Below, in pieces: positions 28,954 through 41,600 of a stretch of 64,000 bases of DNA. The DNA is from Clostridia bacterium (lineage in GTDB: Bacteria > Bacillota > Clostridia > TANB77 > CAG-508). Both the position numbers and the translations under genes were made by a program. The DNA lies in assembly GCA_022791835.1 (NCBI GenBank), contig JAAVZW010000064.1, positions 14,336-78,335 on the forward strand. The letters are read 5' to 3'. Each line of letters starts with the position of its first letter. Position 1 is the first letter of the stretch. Below the pieces are notes generated by a model, which saw nothing but the letters and a program-made list of their open reading frames with translations, was not told where the DNA came from and searched no databases.

Positions 28954-31900
28954 ATGGAAAAAAAGAAAAAAATTAGTAGCAAACTAAAACTGATTATAAT
29001 ACTTACATTTGCAATAGTTGTACTATCAGCAGGAATAGTATCAGCAGTAGTACATCGATATCCAATGAGTGATCACCATGATGGAGCAATTGTATGGGGA
29101 CCTACAAAAGGAGAAATATTCAAGCAGTTTTGGGACGACCCAAATAACTATAACTGGGATAACCTTCCTACATGGTTATTTGCAGAATGGAATATATCTC
29201 TTTGGTGTGCACAAAAAGGAGGATGGATAGGAGGCAAAAGCCAGTTAGTAACAGAAGAACACTATTGGGCATATGTGAGCAAAGAAGGAGATCCTCAATA
29301 TGAAACACATACAGTGCCATATGATGAAAATAACCCATTCAAATGGTATAGAAGAAGTGAAACTATGGGACTTGTAACTGATCACCATGATTGGGAATTT
29401 AACAAATACGAAAAAGAACTGAAAGATGCATCATACTGTGGTAAATATACTGCTGAATATGACGAAGATGATCAACCAATTATCGACTCATTGGAAGCTG
29501 GTGCACCAGGACGTGCATATCCAAAGGAAAATGCTCATTCAATAGAATGGTATTATAACAGAGATCTTATAGAAAAGGATTATCAACATTTGCGTTACAT
29601 ACTTACAGCAAGACCAATATATGATAATGCAGATGATGTGCCAAGAGACCCAGAACCAATAAACAAAGAAGATGGAGAATTTGATGTAAAAGAAAAACAA
29701 GGTGCAATATGGCGCATACCAGAATTTAGCGGAAATATTGTAAATGAAAGTGAGTTACCAGACGATAGAAACTTAGGCCACATTGCACTAGAATATCAAA
29801 AATTCTATGAGGCTATACATAATGCGACTGGAGAAGACAGATATGAAGACATAATAAAACCATACAATGCATGGAAAGACAGAGACGAAATGAAAGAAAC
29901 TTCAGACGATATCGAAGAAAGTACAATAAAACTACCAGATGAAGATAAAGAACTAAAAGACTATATATATAAAGACACTGGCGTGGAAGTAGATGCATGG
30001 ACAGGAGCATATTTACTTGGACCATACTGCATAGATTATTCAGTAAACGATGAAGAAAAAGATAGATATGGTGCACCAACATTTGATGTGTGCGAAGTAA
30101 AATACAATGCAATCCAAGACATCACAGTATATAACCAAGATGGAAAAAATATAGAAGATTTTGGAGGAAGTTTCAAAATAGTATATCCATCAGAAGGAGT
30201 GCCAACATCAAAAGAAGAAGCAAAACTAGTACGTATAAATGATAAACCATATGAAGTAGAAGATGTAAAACTAGACGGAGAAGAAATTTTTGCACCAGAA
30301 TCAAGAAGACCATTCTACATAGTAGTAATAAGAGGTGATATGAAAGCAGAAGACTTTACAGGTATACATGCAAAGATAGACTTTCAATACTTAGAACATG
30401 TAGATGGTACAGCATCAGAATATAAAACAAGAGTACGCGAACACTGGTATTCGAGACAAGATGGAGATTTGTTTAAATATAAATTTACTGGCTCATATTG
30501 CGCAGGTCATGATGAGTGGGGAAATTGTATAATGAAATCTTCTTCAAAAAGTGAAGAGACAGTAGAAACATATATATATGAATTACATAGAAAAGAGTGC
30601 TCACATAAAGCACAAATCATGGCAGCATATAGCCATGATGGATGGAGACACTATAAAAAATACTCAATAGTAATTTCATCAGAATGGGAGATAGAACCAC
30701 CACCAAATATCCAAGTGCAAAAACTATGTAAAGAATGTGGACCACTATATGGTGCAGAATTCGATATAGAGTTAAGATTTGAAGGAAAAGATGGACAAAA
30801 CGAAACACCAGTAAATAAAACACTATACTTTACAAGAATAACAGACACAAAAGGACTTGCAACAGTTACAGCAGAAGAAATAGAAGCAGAAGGAGTATAT
30901 ATAAGAACATTCTCAGGCTACATCACAGCAGTATTCAAAGAAACACAACCACCAGCAGGGCATAAGCTAAATGATACAGAAGCGACAATGATAATAAGAT
31001 TAGAAAAAGGCGCAATGCAAATGTGCGGAGGTTATGGAGTAGAGTGGATACGTGATGAAGAAACAGCAATAGCTAGAATAACAATCTACAATGAAGATGG
31101 TGGAATACCAATAATCCAACTAGCAAAAGTAGATTCAAATGCAGGACTAGTTAAAGAAGCATTTTTCGAAGTACATGTAAGCTATACAGACCCAGAGGGA
31201 GTAGTATACAGAGACGGAAAAATCGTAAGATATGGAGACTTGATTGACAAAAAATATAATATCATAAGAGGTAGAACAAAAAATGGTATACTAAATCTAA
31301 CAGTAGAAGACTTTGCAAATATGAAATATGGCTTTAATATAGTAGGATATACAGGAAAAATAACATTAGATATTGTTGAAGTTAGAGTAGATAGTGGAGG
31401 ATACTCAGTATCTCCAAGAAGCAAAGACGTGACATTAACATATCATGAAGGAGAACTAGTAGACTACACAGAATACACAGATGCACCAGTAATAACTCAC
31501 TACATATATGATAACCCATTAGCAGAAATATATGACTGGGCAAAAGGTAGAATAAGTTACAGTAACTTAAGTAAAGATGTACAAAGATATGTAGACAGAT
31601 GGTTATCTAGACAACAAAATAAACATCCAGAAATGAAATATGATGATATATTAGCATGGTTAGTAAGTTACTTAGAAGAAGGACAAAGAGAGGGTACATT
31701 AAATCTGTATGATAATATAGAAGAATGGAAACATTCAACTATGACAACAGAGACCAAGTCAACAGCAAAAAATGGAGAAATAGCACAAATAACAATAGAA
31801 GACTTCCCAGGAAAAGATATAGACATACCAGACATACCAAAAACACCAGAAGCAAATCCTCTATTCATGACAATAGCAGGAACAGTATTCCTAGACCAAA

Positions 31901-34900
31901 CAACAACAAAAGGAGAAATAGACGAATCAAACGGATACCTAGACAAAGGCGAAACACTACTAATGGGTATAGAAGTTACTCTATACGAAGAAAACGGAAC
32001 AAAAGCAACATTAATACCAGCAGATGGAGAAATCCGTACAAATCCAACAATGACAAATTTCAACGGATACTATGAATTCAGAGGAGTAGACCCAATGAAA
32101 AAATACTATGTAGAATTCAAGTATAATGGAATGGAATATAAGACAACACAAAGTGAAAATGCAACATATAATGGAGAAGCATGGGCAAAGACATCAAAAG
32201 GTTCAGACCTAATTAGTTCAAGAGCAGGAGTAACAAATAAATATAACACAGTAACATATGATACAAAAGCATATGACTACTATGAACTACAAGGACTATA
32301 CACAGAGATGGCAAAAGAGACACTACAATACATAAGAGACAACAATAGCTATCCAGCAGATCCATATTCACTAATAGGAGCACACCTTGAAGATAAAGAA
32401 ATAAAAGACAAAATAGCATACATGAAAGCATGTGAAGTAAAAGCATATGCAGGATATAACTCAATCCAAAGTGGAATAGGAAGCCCATCAGCAAATGGAA
32501 CATATGCACATTCAAGTCTAGGAGATAGATTTGTAATGGATGGAGCATCAATAAATACTGAAGGAGACTCAATCTCATTTGCAGGAGATACAGTAAAGAA
32601 ACTATATCCAGGACAACTACAAGTACACCTAGGATTAATAGAAAGAGACAGCACAGACCTATCACTACTAACAGATATAGTAAAGACAAATGTATCAGTA
32701 AATGGATATGACACAACATATAACTATCACCAAGGACTAAGTTCATATCACCAATATATCTTTGAAGAAGACTATAACTATTCAAAGACACCAAACACAA
32801 ATGGTATAGCATACTATACAGAAGACAATATAGACCTATACCTAACATATGAAATAGCAGTAAGAAATGATACAAAAATAGCAACAGCACCATTACAAAT
32901 AGTAGATTACTATAACAATAGATTCACATACCAAGACGGCTATACAACAAGCAAAGGCAACCATATAGCAGGACTTAGAATAAATGGTAATGAAGTAACT
33001 GGTAGAATAACAGCAAATGGATTTAATAATGCAGGTGTAAGCAGTAAGCCAAAAGACTATAATGCATTATTCATAAACCTAGGACAAGGCTATCTACTAA
33101 ACAGTCCAGATGATGAGTTAAAGATACAAATAACTTTCAAGCTAACAGATAGAAATGGACATGCAACAGAAGTATTAAAAGAAATGTTATTACAAGAAGA
33201 TAGAGACAATAAATACTCAAGATCATGGGAAATTAAGAATTACGCAGAAATAAACGCTTACTACACACCAGAAGGATACCTAGATAGAGACTCACATCCA
33301 GGAACATTTGAAATAACTAAATTTGAAGAACGACTAGCTGAATATCAAAAAGCATATGCAAAATATGTATTCAGTCAAAGCGAAGATGACAAACGTGCAG
33401 TAAAACTTGCATTAGGAAGAATGACAGACCTAAGAGAAGACGATGCATGGAAAGTAAGCTTAATACTTTCAAACAATGGATATGTAAGAGAACTATCAGG
33501 AAATGTTTGGGAAGCAATAAATGATGAAGTTAAGAACTCTCTACACTTACAAAAAGGCTTTGGAGAAAGACTATTAACAAAGAGTGATAAGAGCGAACTG
33601 AACTTAGCTGGAATAAAAGTAGAATTAGTAGAAATGCTAAAGAATACACAACATAACCCAGATCCAGATAATTCAAGAGATGGTGCAACACAATTAGTAA
33701 GAGGACAAACAGTAACAGACGAAAATGGTAACTACAAATTCACAGCATACCTTGCAGGAGACTATGCAGTAAGATTTGTATATGGAGACTACGAAGATAC
33801 AAGCAAAACAATCTACAGCAAAGTTTCAAAGAACACATTCAAACCAGAAAGTGAAGCAGACCCATTACCAATAAATGGACAATACTATCAATCAACAAAG
33901 GCAAACCCAAATACAGATAGTGAACCATATTGGTACAAACAAAGAGTATACAATGAAACAACAAAATTACCAGATGAAATAACAGGAATACCAAGATATT
34001 CAGATGCATACGACGATGCATACAGCAGACTATCACAGATGAAATCTAAGATAGACAAAGCAGAAAATTCTACATCAACAGAATACGACTATGATGGAGT
34101 ACTAGAAGTAGAATCAACAAGACACACAGACCCAATGTATGCATATACATCTACAATGGAACTAGAAGTAGAATACACAAGACCAGCGACATCAGGAAAC
34201 GCAAGCAATGTATTCTATGGATACTCAATAAGCGACATAGACTTTGGTATAACTCCAAGAGCATACAATGACTTAGGCATAGATAAATATGTAGCTAATA
34301 TAAAATTGTACACAGTAGATGGCAATAAGCTAATAGATACAAACTTTGATGAAAATGGTAAAGTAATATTAGATTCAGCAACACAAAATATTGTAAAAGA
34401 TGAATTAACATCAAATACTTACCTAGATAACTTCATAGATATAATCTACAACACAGAATTACTACAAGGTGCTACACTAGAAATAACCTTTAAAGTAGTA
34501 GTATCAAACGATAGCTTACATGATGGAGACAAATACGATACAATCAAATATATTAGCAAAGATGGAAAAGTAGTTGCAGTAGCATACTATGATGAAGCAG
34601 TAGAGACACTAACAAGTTATGAAGGAAATGGAAGAGGAACACCTACAATAGTATATCACAATACATCTGGAGATAAAGATTACTCAGATACAGTACTAAC
34701 AAAAGAACATAATGCAAGAGTAAATAACACATCAGACAGATTAAGAAAATTCAGCTTAATTACAGGATACAATGTAGGCAACGCAGAAATAATAACATCA
34801 AGAGCAACAAATATAGTAGACTACATCAATACTCCATTCGACGTAAACCATGAAAACTTTACAAAAGCAGGAGTAAACCCATATTGGGAACCAACAGACC

Positions 34901-35436
34901 CAAGCAAGTTCGTATCAAGTCGTGAAAAATATAAAGCAGAAAACGGACAAGACCTACTAAGTACCTATGACCACATAGTTAGAGCAACAGATAACAGCCC
35001 ACTATATAAAGTATTAAAACCAGGAGAAAGGACAGAAGACGAAATAGTACTATCAGGAATTCTAGGCACATCAGCATCAGGCTCATCAGACTTCGAATTC
35101 TCTAACCTAATAGAAATCACAAGAATGAGAAACACAGCAGGTAAGATAGTAGACATAGAGGGATACGACATAAAAGGTAAAACTGATAGAGAAACATCTG
35201 AAGTAAGACACTTAAAGAACATAGATGGAGAGCCACCAGCAGACGAAACACCAAAATACACACCAACAATCTCTACATCTAAATCACCAACAATTAAAAT
35301 AAACGTAGCAGATGGTCTAACAGTAATCCAAGACGTAGTAGGATCAAACGTAGGAATAGTAATAATTGCACTAGTAATCTTAGCAGCAGGAATAGTACTA
35401 ATCAAAAGGTTTGTAATCCCAAGTCATAAGGAATAA
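28954..35436 (+). CDS. giant cell-surface protein (signal anchor, Trp-rich N-terminal domain of unknown function, two Cna-B domains, C-terminal TM anchor)
   Basis: At 2160 aa it contains two Cna-B-type domains (IAGTVFLDQTT...NGYYEF and LAGIKVELVEM...NGNYKFTAY). It ends in a hydrophobic helix followed by KRF. Confidence 0.75.
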   Translation: MEKKKKISSKLKLIIILTFAIVVLSAGIVSAVVHRYPMSDHHDGAIVWGPTKGEIFKQFWDDPNNYNWDNLPTWLFAEWNISLWCAQKGGWIGGKSQLVTEEHYWAYVSKEGDPQYETHTVPYDENNPFKWYRRSETMGLVTDHHDWEFNKYEKELKDASYCGKYTAEYDEDDQPIIDSLEAGAPGRAYPKENAHSIEWYYNRDLIEKDYQHLRYILTARPIYDNADDVPRDPEPINKEDGEFDVKEKQGAIWRIPEFSGNIVNESELPDDRNLGHIALEYQKFYEAIHNATGEDRYEDIIKPYNAWKDRDEMKETSDDIEESTIKLPDEDKELKDYIYKDTGVEVDAWTGAYLLGPYCIDYSVNDEEKDRYGAPTFDVCEVKYNAIQDITVYNQDGKNIEDFGGSFKIVYPSEGVPTSKEEAKLVRINDKPYEVEDVKLDGEEIFAPESRRPFYIVVIRGDMKAEDFTGIHAKIDFQYLEHVDGTASEYKTRVREHWYSRQDGDLFKYKFTGSYCAGHDEWGNCIMKSSSKSEETVETYIYELHRKECSHKAQIMAAYSHDGWRHYKKYSIVISSEWEIEPPPNIQVQKLCKECGPLYGAEFDIELRFEGKDGQNETPVNKTLYFTRITDTKGLATVTAEEIEAEGVYIRTFSGYITAVFKETQPPAGHKLNDTEATMIIRLEKGAMQMCGGYGVEWIRDEETAIARITIYNEDGGIPIIQLAKVDSNAGLVKEAFFEVHVSYTDPEGVVYRDGKIVRYGDLIDKKYNIIRGRTKNGILNLTVEDFANMKYGFNIVGYTGKITLDIVEVRVDSGGYSVSPRSKDVTLTYHEGELVDYTEYTDAPVITHYIYDNPLAEIYDWAKGRISYSNLSKDVQRYVDRWLSRQQNKHPEMKYDDILAWLVSYLEEGQREGTLNLYDNIEEWKHSTMTTETKSTAKNGEIAQITIEDFPGKDIDIPDIPKTPEANPLFMTIAGTVFLDQTTTKGEIDESNGYLDKGETLLMGIEVTLYEENGTKATLIPADGEIRTNPTMTNFNGYYEFRGVDPMKKYYVEFKYNGMEYKTTQSENATYNGEAWAKTSKGSDLISSRAGVTNKYNTVTYDTKAYDYYELQGLYTEMAKETLQYIRDNNSYPADPYSLIGAHLEDKEIKDKIAYMKACEVKAYAGYNSIQSGIGSPSANGTYAHSSLGDRFVMDGASINTEGDSISFAGDTVKKLYPGQLQVHLGLIERDSTDLSLLTDIVKTNVSVNGYDTTYNYHQGLSSYHQYIFEEDYNYSKTPNTNGIAYYTEDNIDLYLTYEIAVRNDTKIATAPLQIVDYYNNRFTYQDGYTTSKGNHIAGLRINGNEVTGRITANGFNNAGVSSKPKDYNALFINLGQGYLLNSPDDELKIQITFKLTDRNGHATEVLKEMLLQEDRDNKYSRSWEIKNYAEINAYYTPEGYLDRDSHPGTFEITKFEERLAEYQKAYAKYVFSQSEDDKRAVKLALGRMTDLREDDAWKVSLILSNNGYVRELSGNVWEAINDEVKNSLHLQKGFGERLLTKSDKSELNLAGIKVELVEMLKNTQHNPDPDNSRDGATQLVRGQTVTDENGNYKFTAYLAGDYAVRFVYGDYEDTSKTIYSKVSKNTFKPESEADPLPINGQYYQSTKANPNTDSEPYWYKQRVYNETTKLPDEITGIPRYSDAYDDAYSRLSQMKSKIDKAENSTSTEYDYDGVLEVESTRHTDPMYAYTSTMELEVEYTRPATSGNASNVFYGYSISDIDFGITPRAYNDLGIDKYVANIKLYTVDGNKLIDTNFDENGKVILDSATQNIVKDELTSNTYLDNFIDIIYNTELLQGATLEITFKVVVSNDSLHDGDKYDTIKYISKDGKVVAVAYYDEAVETLTSYEGNGRGTPTIVYHNTSGDKDYSDTVLTKEHNARVNNTSDRLRKFSLITGYNVGNAEIITSRATNIVDYINTPFDVNHENFTKAGVNPYWEPTDPSKFVSSREKYKAENGQDLLSTYDHIVRATDNSPLYKVLKPGERTEDEIVLSGILGTSASGSSDFEFSNLIEITRMRNTAGKIVDIEGYDIKGKTDRETSEVRHLKNIDGEPPADETPKYTPTISTSKSPTIKINVADGLTVIQDVVGSNVGIVIIALVILAAGIVLIKRFVIPSHKE

Positions 35437-35458
35437 ACCGACATCTTAACATAAAAAC

Positions 35459-35492
35459 AAAGGCACTAGCTAAAAAAACTAGTGCCTTTTCC
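35459..35492 (+). terminator. rho-independent terminator (aggcactag-N9-ctagtgcct + T-run)
   Basis: A 9-bp stem and tttt directly after the adhesin stop. Confidence 0.6.
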
Positions 35493-35507
35493 TTATGTAT
35501 CTAAGAC

Positions 35508-35544
35508 TTATACAAATTCCGAATCTGATTCGGAATTTGTATAA
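35508..35544. promoter_or_regulatory. 37-bp perfect palindrome (tatacaaattccgaatc t gattcggaatttgtata)
   Basis: Arms of 17-18 bp with a 1-nt centre, in the promoter region of the glucan-synthase-like gene. No T-run follows, so it looks more like an operator than a terminator. Confidence 0.4.
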
Positions 35545-35620
35545 ATTTTATCTAATTTGCATAAAATTTGCCAAAATCGTCAAAACTATATAAAAACTTT
35601 ATAAAAGGAAGGCGAATAAA

Positions 35621-38600
35621 TTGGCAATCCCAAAAACCTTAAATATAAAAGGTGTAATACTGAACAAAGAGCAATTAAAAACTTATCTAGAAAATATAGC
35701 AGTAGACCATACATTAAAAGAAAAATCAAACAGAGAAACATACCCAATTCCAAGACTTATAGAAAATTTTGCATATATTACAAAAACATATGACTTATTA
35801 AATGAACATTTAAAACTAGGCATAACCATACATCAAGCAGGAGAATGGTTATTAGACAACTATTATGTTATAGAAGAAACAGTAAAGGAACTGAGAAAAA
35901 ACTTACCGCTTAATAAATATGAAAAATTTATAGGTATATCTTCAGGAGAATTCCAAGGTTATGCTAGAAGTTATGTAGTGGCATCACAAATAGTAGGATT
36001 TACAGAAGGAAATTTTACATCAAAAGATTTAGAAGAATACCTAGAAAGTTATCAAAATAAAAAAACACTCAATATGGATGAGATTTGGGATATTAATCTC
36101 TTTTTTAAGATTGCCTTAATAGAAAGAATAAGAGAAATTTGTGAAAAAATTTATGCTTCACAAATGCAAAAACTCAAAGTAGAAAGTATAATAGAAAGAC
36201 TAGTAGAGCTTAAATCAAAAGAAGAGCTTAAATTTGAAGAACAAAGAAAGATACTAGGAAGCTATGGAGAGAATAGTTATACTTTCATAGAATATATGTC
36301 ATATAGATTAAAAAAATATGGAAAAAAAGGAATAGCTTATCTAAATATTCTAGAAGAAGAGATAAACAAAAGAGGACTTACTTTGCAAGAAGTTATAAAA
36401 AAAGAACATTTTGATGTAGCACTAAAAAAAGTTTCAATAGGAAATGCAATAAAAAGTATACATGCATTACAAAGAATGAACTTCTCAGAAGTATTTGAAA
36501 AAATAAATGGAGTAGAAGAAATCCTAAAAGAAGATGCAAGTGGGACATATCAAAATATGGACTACAAAACAAAGGAATACTACAGAGGAGCAATAAAAGA
36601 AATCGCAAGCAAAACAAAGATATCTGAAATATATATAGCTAAAAAAGTAGTAGAACTTGCAAAAAAAGAGCAAAAATCTACTAAAGAAAGCCATATAGGA
36701 TATTATCTAATAGATGAGGGTTTGCAAAAACTCTATCTTACTTTAGAAATAAAAAAAGAAGACCCTAAACAAAAAGTAAAATTCAAAACAAACCTATATA
36801 TATATGGAATTAGCTTAGTATCAGCATTCATAGCAATGTGGCTAGGAATTTTAGTATACACAGCAAGCCATATTGCAGTTTTAGGTATAATAGAAGCAAT
36901 TTTAATATATATTCCAATAACAGAAATAATAACAAAACTAATACAAAATATATTAAGCAAATGTGTAAAACCAAAGCTTATACCTAAAATGGACTTCAGT
37001 AAAGAAGTACCAAAACAATATAGCACGATGATAGTAATACCAAGCATAATAAAAAGCAAAGAAAAAGTAAAAGAACTTATGCAAAAACTAGAAGTATATT
37101 ATCTAGCAAATAAATCAAAAAACATTTATTGTACATTACTTGGAGATTGCACAAGTGGAGATTTAGAAAAAGAAAAATATGATGATGATATAATTAAAAT
37201 AGGTCAAGAAGAAGTAGAAAGACTAAATCAAAAATATAAAAACGAAGAACAAGAAAATATTTTCAATTTCATATATAGAAAAAGAAAGTGGAATCAACAA
37301 GAAAAATGCTATATGGGTTGGGAAAGAAAGAGAGGCTTGCTTACAGAGCTAAACTCTTTCCTGATTAATAGAAAATCGAAGAATACTTTCCAAATAAACA
37401 CATTAGAAAATATAAAGAACCTAGATGTAAAATATATAATAACACTAGACGCAGATACAGAACTTACATTAAATTCAGGAATAGAGTTAATAGAAGCAAT
37501 GGCACATCCATTAAATAAGCCAGAGATTAAGTTCGGAAAAGTTACAAGTGGATATGGAATAATGCAACCAAGGGTAGGAATAAATCTAGAAAAAAGTATG
37601 CAAAGCACTTTTTCAGAGATTTTTGCAGGAAGTGGTGGAGTAGATTCATATACAAATGCTATATCAGACACATATCAAGATAACTTTGGAGAGGGAATTT
37701 ATACAGGTAAAGGAATATATGATGTAAAGGTATTCCATGAAGTAATGAGTGGCAAGATTAAAGAAAATACAGTTTTAAGTCACGATTTATTAGAAGGAAG
37801 TTTCTTAAGATGTGGATTGGCATCAGATATATGTTTACTTGATGGATATCCAAAAGGTTATATGGCATTCCTAAGTCGACTTAGCAGATGGATAAGAGGA
37901 GATTATCAAATAATAGGTTTTCTTAAATCAAACCTAAATAAATTATCTAAATTCAAAATAATAGACAATATAAGAAGGAGTCTAGTAGAAATAACTGTAC
38001 TCATCAATATATTGTTATTGCTAATATTAAAAGTATTTATCAATTTTAATACATTAGGAACTATAACAATATCATTTTTAAGTATAGCAATTCCGAGCGT
38101 ATTAGAATTATTTAATTATATAATTTTCAGAAAAGAAAACATAAAAAGGCAAAAAACCTTTACTCAAAGCTTAGATGGATTAGAATCTTGTATATATAGA
38201 GGAATCATAAATATAATGACAATTCCAACTAAAGCTTATATATCATTACAAGCAATAATAAAAACAATATACAGAATGTGTATATCAAAAGAGAATTTGC
38301 TAGAATGGACTACATCAGATGAAGCAGAAGCACAGGATAAAAATGAGCTAAAAGTAGTAGTGACAAAAATGTTTCCTAATATTCTAATAGGAATAGCTTT
38401 TATATTACTAGCAATATTCATAAAAAGTACCATATATTTCAAAGGTATACTATACATTTTAGCAGTATTATTCATAGGTGGACCATTCATAATGTGGGAG
38501 ATAAGCCAAGAAAAAAGGCAAATAGATAAGTTTAATAGACTAACAGAACAAGAAAAAATATACGTAAAAGACATAGCAAAAAGAACTTGGAGATTTTTCG

Positions 38601-41600
38601 ATGAATTAATGAATGAAGAAAATTCTTTCTTACCACCAGATAATATACAAGAAAGTAGAAGAGAAAAAGTAGTATCAAGAACATCGTCAACTAATATAGG
38701 ACTTGGATTACTTACAATAGTTTCTGCATATGATATGGGATTTATAACTTTAGAAGAAACAATAGTAAAACTAGAAAAGACAATGCAAACAATAGTGAAA
38801 CTAGAAAAATGGAATGGACATCTATACAATTGGTATAATACAAAAACACTAGCACCACTAATTCCTAAGTATGTATCAACAGTAGACAGCGGAAACTTTG
38901 TGCGGATACATGTATACACTAAAGGAATTTTTAAAAGAAATATCAAATGTAGAATACAAAAATAGAATAAACGCTATGTTATTAGAAATAGAAAAAATAA
39001 TAGAAGAAACGGATTTTTCATATCTATATAGCAAAGAAAACAGACTATTATCAATAGGATATAATGTAGAAGAAAACGAATTAACAGACACATACTATGA
39101 CTTACTAGCATCAGAAGCAAGACAAGCAAGTTTAATTGCAATAGCTAAAAAAGATATTCCATCTAAACACTGGAACAATTTAAGCAGAACATTGACAAAG
39201 CTAGGAAAATACAAAGGCTTAATATCATGGTCAGGAACAGCTTTTGAATATTTAATGCCAAATATAAATATAAAAAGATATAATCGGAAGCCTTTTAGAT
39301 GAATCCTGCAAATTTATGATAATGAGTCAGCAAAAATATACAAATAAATTAAGAATACCATGGGGAATATCAGAAGCAGCATTCAACTTAAAAGATTTGA
39401 ATTCGAACTATCAGTATAAAGCCTTTGGTGTACCCTGGCTAGGATTAAAAAGAGGCTTAGGAGATGAAATGGTCGTTTCTAGCTATGGTTCTATCCTTGC
39501 TATAACCGATTATCCAAAAGCAGTAATAGAAAACTTAAAAATCCTAGAAAAACAAGGCATGTATGATAAATATGGTTTCTATGAATCAATAGACTATACT
39601 CCATCAAGATTAGCAGTGCGGTAAAGAATATGCAAAAGTAGAAACATATATGGCACACCACCAAGCATTAATATTACTATCAATAAATAACTTAGTGAAT
39701 AAAAATATATTCCCAAATAGATTTATGAGAAATCCAGAAATACAAGCAATAGATATTCTTTTGCAAGAAAGAATGCCAAGAAACATGCTAATCACAAAAG
39801 AAAGAAAAGAAAAAACCAAGAAAATAAAATACACAGGATATAACAATTATATAGAAAAGAAATATACAAAAATAGATGCAATACTAAGAAAATCAAATAT
39901 ATTATCAAATGAAGAATATTTAATAGAAATAAATGATAAAGGAGAGGGATATAGCAAACATAAAGGAATATTAATAAACAAATATAAAGAAACAGAAGAT
40001 AGCTCATGTGGTATATTCTTTTACTTAAGAAATACTAAGACAGGTAAAGTGTGGAAGACAAGCTATGAAGGAAAAGAAGAAAAGTACGAAGTAACATTTG
40101 CAGAAGATACAGCAAAATTTACAAAATCACAAGATGGTATAGAAACAGAGGCAAAAATCCTTACGGCATCAAATCTAGGTTGTGAAATAAGAAGCCTAAA
40201 AATAAAAAATAATACAGAAGAAGAAGTGGAACTAGAAGTAAATACCCTATTAAAACCAGTTTTGTCAAAAATGGAAGATGATATTTCACATCCAGCCTTT
40301 AATAATTTATTCTTAAAATATTGGACATCAAAAAATGGAGATATATTAGTAAAAAGAAATAAAAGAGGAGCGGGCAAAGAGCTATATTTAGGTACAAATT
40401 TATTTGAAGAAGAAAATATAAATGCAAAAATAGAATATGAAATAGATTTATCGAAAGTATATGAAAAAATAAATACTGGAAATGAATTCGAAAGCAAAAT
40501 AGGACTAATGCCAGAAAGTTGTATAGCCCTAAGAAGAAAAATCAAAATAAAATCAGGAAAAGAAGCAAATTTAAACTTAATAATTAGTGTATCAGAGAAT
40601 GAAGAAGAAGTAATAAAAAATCTAGAATATTATAAAATACCAGAGAATGTAAAAAGAGAAGCGGGAATTGCAAGAGCAAAAGCAGAGGAAGAGGCAAGAT
40701 ATTTGAATTTAAGTAGAACAGACCTAGAGACTTTTCATCTAATATTACCATATATAATGCACCCAAACCCAATGAAATCACTATATCTAGAAAATTTGGA
40801 AAAAAAGGAATATAAGCAAAGCGACTTTTGGAAATATGGAATATCAGGAGATATACCAATAATGCTAGTTACAATCAAATCAGCAAACGATATATATACA
40901 GTAAAAGAAATGCTGAAAGTCCATGAAAATTTAAGAGCAAAAGGAATAAATACAGACCTTATACTATTAGATTATGAGAAAAATATTTATGAAAGGTTTG
41001 TAAAAGAACAAATAATACAAGAAATATTAAACCAACAAATAGGCTATTTGCAAAATATAAGTGGCGGAATATTTATTTTAAACGCAAATGAAATAGAAGA
41101 TGAAGAATTGTTCAAGTTTAAAGCTAATATAATAATAAACGCATCAAAAGGTACAGTACAAGAAGCGATAAAAGAAATGGAAGAAGCATATAAGGCAAGA
41201 TTTTTAAGGTATAATGGGGAAACTATAAATTACACAAGGGAACTACCAAAGACACAAGAATATGAACAGATAAAGCCAAATGTAAATATGGAAGAACTAA
41301 AATACTATAATGGCTATGGAGGTTTTGCACCAGATGGAAGAGAATATATAATAAGAACAAATAAAAACTTAAAGCCACCAGTAGTCTGGAGTAATGTATT
41401 GGCAAATGAGAAATTTGGTACAATTATCACAAATAACATGGGTGGTTTCACATATAGCAAAAACAGTAGATTAAATAGAATAACAGCATGGGCAAATAAA
41501 CCAATAGAAGATATTCCTTCAGAAATAATATATATTAAAGATTTAAAAGATAAAAACATATGGACTTTAAATTCAAATGTAATACCAGATAAAGAAGATT

